Positions 34,130-36,966 of a stretch of DNA of 36,966 nt are shown here, one piece after another (the stretch's first letter is position 1; every line of letters starts with the position of its first letter). The translations under genes were made by a program, and so were the position numbers. Location: assembly GCA_001783525.1 (NCBI GenBank), contig MFMS01000002.1, positions 74,508 through 111,473 of the forward strand. Direction: 5' to 3'. This stretch comes from Candidatus Kaiserbacteria bacterium RIFOXYB1_FULL_46_14 (GTDB taxonomy: Bacteria; Patescibacteriota; Minisyncoccia; Phycocordibacterales; UBA918). The notes under the pieces are model-generated. The model was not told the DNA's origin. It was given only the letters and a program-made list of their open reading frames with translations, and did no database searches.

Positions 34130-34158
34130 AGGAGGCAGAAATGATTCTGCAACAAAAC

Positions 34159-34208
34159 GGTCCGGAAACGGCAAACGCTCACGTTTGCACGCCCGGACCT
34201 TTATTTAT
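34159..34208. terminator. Bidirectional terminator (small gene on plus, smc on minus)
   Basis: ggtccgg...gcaaacg ctca cgtttgc...ccggacc forms a nested hairpin. tttatttatt follows on the plus strand and GTTTTGTTG on the minus strand. Confidence 0.7.
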
Positions 34209-36457
34209 TACTTCGCCACTGCTAAGGCTTGGTCTAGACGAACAGAGAGAAGTTTGGAGACACCATCACCACCCATGGTGACACCGTAGAGAATGCCGGC
34301 GCGAGACATTGTCTCGCGGTTGTGTGTAATAAGAATAAGTTGTGATCTTTTAGAAAGAGCTTCGATCATATCTCCGTAACGACGACTGTTGGCTTCGTCT
34401 AGCGCTGCGTCTGTCTCATCTAGAATCACAAATAGCGGTGGATTGACCTGGCTCATTGCAAATATAAGTGCAATCGAGGTAAGTGCCCTTTCGCCTCCAG
34501 AAAGCATCTCCAGACCCTTTACTCGCTTGTTGGGTAGCTTGACGCCAATCTCAATTCCCTCCTCCGCCTTTTCTTCCGATTCTGCCGTATCATCGAGTAG
34601 TTCGTCATCATCGGATATCGCTGTCCGTCGCCTTTTTACCACTTTGACCTTGTTTAATTCTGCGCCACCACCGCCAAACATTAAGGTAAAAAATCGATTA
34701 AATTCCAGACTGATCTTGTCGATACCAGCACTAAATCGTCCATCGAGTTCCGTATTTAATTCGGCAATCAATTGCTCAAGTTTTTCGACCGACAGCCTAA
34801 GGTCAGCCACTTCGCGCACCAAAAAGTCATCGCGTTCTTTAACGCCTTTGTATTCTTTTTCAATCTCTTCCCCACCACCACCTTGTTCTTCAAGGCGAAT
34901 CTTAAGTTTTTCAAGTTCACGACGACGTTCGATCTGACGAGTGCGATCTTCACTCACGATCTCGCCTGCAATTTCTAATTTAAAATAATCTGCTGCGCCG
35001 CGCCCGATTAAAATCACTGCCTCTTGGAGCTCGCGCTTAAATTCATCACGATCTCGCATAATCGCGTTGTATTCGTACTCTAGGCGCGAAAATACATTTT
35101 CGCATTCGCGTTTTTCCGCACCTAAGCGAAATACCTCTCGTTCGGCGGCACGCCCTTCACTCTCGTTGTTCTCGATTTTAACGCGGATATCACGATGGTG
35201 TTCTTCAGCCGCTGCTTCGTCTTTTGTGGCCGCCATCAGGCGCCTATCCAGCTCGGTTTTTTTGTTAGTGAGGTCTTCGTATTCTCTCTCTTCTTCGGCA
35301 GTACTCGATCGGCCACCTTGTTCGATCGTACGAGAAAGGAATTGACGAAGGGTATGGACTACATCTTTGAGAGTCCGGCGTAAAATCGACACGTCATCAC
35401 TCTTGGTTGCCTTCTCTACCTCCCATTCTAGTGATGTCACTACTTTGTCTAACTCTACATATGAAATCTGCAATTTGTCGTCAACGTTATTTCGCTCACG
35501 TGCGGTTTTGATGCGACGTTCAAGAAATGACAGTTGACCTTCCAAGGTGGCTACCTCACGGACTATGTCCTGCTTAGTGCGCCGAGCTTCTGTCAGAGTG
35601 TTTTCTGCCTCTATAAGCTCTGCGCGGTTTTCGCCGCTGCCCTCTTTGGCCAAAACTGCTTTGGCATTTGCTAATGCCTGTTCTTTTTCTTCAAGTTCTT
35701 TTTTCAGACTATTACGCTCGCGTTCTAGCCTGTCCTGATGAAAGGCAAGATAGGTGTCTTCGCGTTTTAAATATTCAGCATAAAGCTGGCGCAGTTGCTC
35801 GCGCAGTTCGACTGCTCGTTCGATCTTCTTCATCTGCTTTTCCAAAAAGCGCAAATGTGGAGCAACTTCCCGTCTCAAGGACTCAACCTTATCGATATTT
35901 TCGCGCGTCTTATCAAGTTTGCGTGAAGCTTCCGTCTTCTTGAATTGGTAAACTTTCAAGCCGAGTGCGTCTTCTATCATCTCGCGGCGCTCTTTGGGGG
36001 TAGCTGAGAGGATTCGGTCGGCTTCGCCCTGAGAAATGATGTGGTGTCCAGACGGACCGATGTTGGCGGCGGCAAGAAGTTCCTGTACGTCCTTCAGGCG
36101 CACCTGACTGCCGTTTATGAGGTATTCGTTGGCACCATCTCGATGCACTACTCGCTCTAAGACAATCTCATCAAAATCGATTGGAAAGACGCGCGTTTCA
36201 TTGTCCAAAGTAACAGCAACAGACGCACGATTGCCGCGTGCCAAAGCATCGCTACCGCCCCAGATGAGATCCTCGCCTTTCTTGCCGCGCATTCTTGATG
36301 GCGCCTGTTCTCCAAGTACAAAGCGAAAAGATTCTGCGACGTTCGACTTGCCACTGCCGTTTGGGCCAACTATGGATGTAATCGCCGACGAAAATTCCAA
36401 CTCGCCTTTTTTGGCGAATGATTTGAAACCGTTAATTGAGAGATGTTTGAGATACAT
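34208..36457 (-). CDS. smc: SMC-family chromosome partition ATPase, unusually short (749 aa)
   Basis: N-terminal head MYLKHLSINGFKSFA...GPNGSGKSNVAESFRFVLGEQ. C-terminal head LSGGERALTSIALIFAM...FVILDETDAALD...LILITHNRETM...LYGVTM. The roughly 400 aa between them is heptad-like and charged. Confidence 0.85.
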   Translation of the reverse strand: MYLKHLSINGFKSFAKKGELEFSSAITSIVGPNGSGKSNVAESFRFVLGEQAPSRMRGKKGEDLIWGGSDALARGNRASVAVTLDNETRVFPIDFDEIVLERVVHRDGANEYLINGSQVRLKDVQELLAAANIGPSGHHIISQGEADRILSATPKERREMIEDALGLKVYQFKKTEASRKLDKTRENIDKVESLRREVAPHLRFLEKQMKKIERAVELREQLRQLYAEYLKREDTYLAFHQDRLERERNSLKKELEEKEQALANAKAVLAKEGSGENRAELIEAENTLTEARRTKQDIVREVATLEGQLSFLERRIKTARERNNVDDKLQISYVELDKVVTSLEWEVEKATKSDDVSILRRTLKDVVHTLRQFLSRTIEQGGRSSTAEEEREYEDLTNKKTELDRRLMAATKDEAAAEEHHRDIRVKIENNESEGRAAEREVFRLGAEKRECENVFSRLEYEYNAIMRDRDEFKRELQEAVILIGRGAADYFKLEIAGEIVSEDRTRQIERRRELEKLKIRLEEQGGGGEEIEKEYKGVKERDDFLVREVADLRLSVEKLEQLIAELNTELDGRFSAGIDKISLEFNRFFTLMFGGGGAELNKVKVVKRRRTAISDDDELLDDTAESEEKAEEGIEIGVKLPNKRVKGLEMLSGGERALTSIALIFAMSQVNPPLFVILDETDAALDEANSRRYGDMIEALSKRSQLILITHNRETMSRAGILYGVTMGGDGVSKLLSVRLDQALAVAK

Positions 36458-36472
36458 TCAGCGCTGTTTGCA

Positions 36473-36952
36473 TTAAGAAGGGTCGGTGCAAGGAGTTTCT
36501 CCAATAGTGTTGTTATTCCACCAATTTTCAGCAAGGCTACCATGATTTCTCTCGCCATCAGTCCATAGACGGTATCGCTGGTCTCCGGCTGGACTGGCTG
36601 GAGCCGCACACCAGTTGTCGTAATAATACATTTTGCCGCTGGTTGGATCGGTTGGGAGAGCTGTAAATAGTCCAGATGTGACCAATACTTGCAAACAGCC
36701 ACCAGCGGAAAAACTTGTGGTATAAGTACAATTCCCATCTACGGTTGATGGATAGCGGCCGTTAGCAGTAGCCCAGATCTGTAAGGCCGCGGCTATTTGC
36801 TGAATATCAGCTTCACGAGCAGTATCTCTAGATTTTTTACGTGCCTCGTTGACCGATGCAAATACAATTGTGAGCAGAACAGCGATGATTGCGATTACTA
36901 CTAATATTTCAATCAGAGAGAAACCGCCTTTAGAACGGGTAAATTTAAACAT
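36473..36952 (-). CDS. Type IV pilin / pseudopilin with a prepilin cleavage-methylation signal
   Basis: MFKFTRSKGG|FSLIEILVVIAIIAVLLTIVF has G-1, F+1 and E+5. The C-terminal globular part has four Cys. Confidence 0.9.
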   Translation of the reverse strand: MFKFTRSKGGFSLIEILVVIAIIAVLLTIVFASVNEARKKSRDTAREADIQQIAAALQIWATANGRYPSTVDGNCTYTTSFSAGGCLQVLVTSGLFTALPTDPTSGKMYYYDNWCAAPASPAGDQRYRLWTDGERNHGSLAENWWNNNTIGETPCTDPS

Positions 36953-36966
36953 AGCTGTATTGTAAG

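Noticed and set aside
33868-34182. 104 aa minus-strand ORF overlapping the 75 aa plus-strand gene
   Set aside because: It would start inside the bidirectional terminator and has no SD. The plus-strand ORF has a near-consensus SD and a -10 element.
34389-36476. Ser-rich 182 aa ORF and other ORFs antisense to smc
   Set aside because: Their low-complexity composition (poly-Ser/Arg) mirrors the Glu/Leu/Arg-rich coiled-coil codons of smc on the other strand. They have no SD or promoter.

Overview
This 37 kb window is from a bacterium that uses the standard genetic code; TGA acts as a stop, for example at 1590..1592. It is almost entirely core housekeeping genes.

**Left half, mixed strands:**
- A GH18-like hydrolase cut by the window edge, and an RlpA-like protein.
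- truB, rpmG, a class I fructose-bisphosphate aldolase, and an ABC-2 exporter pair.
- prmC, hisS, a DEDD exonuclease, uppP, and a DsbA-like oxidoreductase.
- A UvrD-type helicase fused to a RecB-type nuclease.
- Two Na+/H+ antiporters, one CPA1-type and one NhaD-type.

**Right half:**
- A long minus-strand block: rpoD, dnaG, rpoC, rpoB, trmD, a KH-domain gene and rpsP.
- Then rnr on the plus strand, followed by a short smc and a type IV pilin gene on the minus strand.

I found no rRNA, tRNA, CRISPR array, transposase or integrase. The gene content and organisation suggest a reduced genome, possibly CPR/Patescibacteria-like. The clues are no rimM or rplS in the rpsP cluster, rpoBC detached from rplKAJL, a class I aldolase, a pilin, and many apparently leaderless genes. 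This placement is inference only.

I did not find a convincing multi-gene novel system. The observations most worth a second look are:
- A DnaG whose zinc ribbon has lost three of its four metal ligands.
- A 749 aa SMC with no recognisable hinge.
- A perfect 20 bp palindrome sitting on the dnaG promoter.
- A Lys-rich N-terminal tail on RpoD.
- Leaderless core genes contrasted with hypothetical genes that carry strong Shine-Dalgarno sites.
- Several orphan small transcription units in the three longest intergenic regions.

All coordinates and motifs were read by eye. No searches or folding calculations were run.
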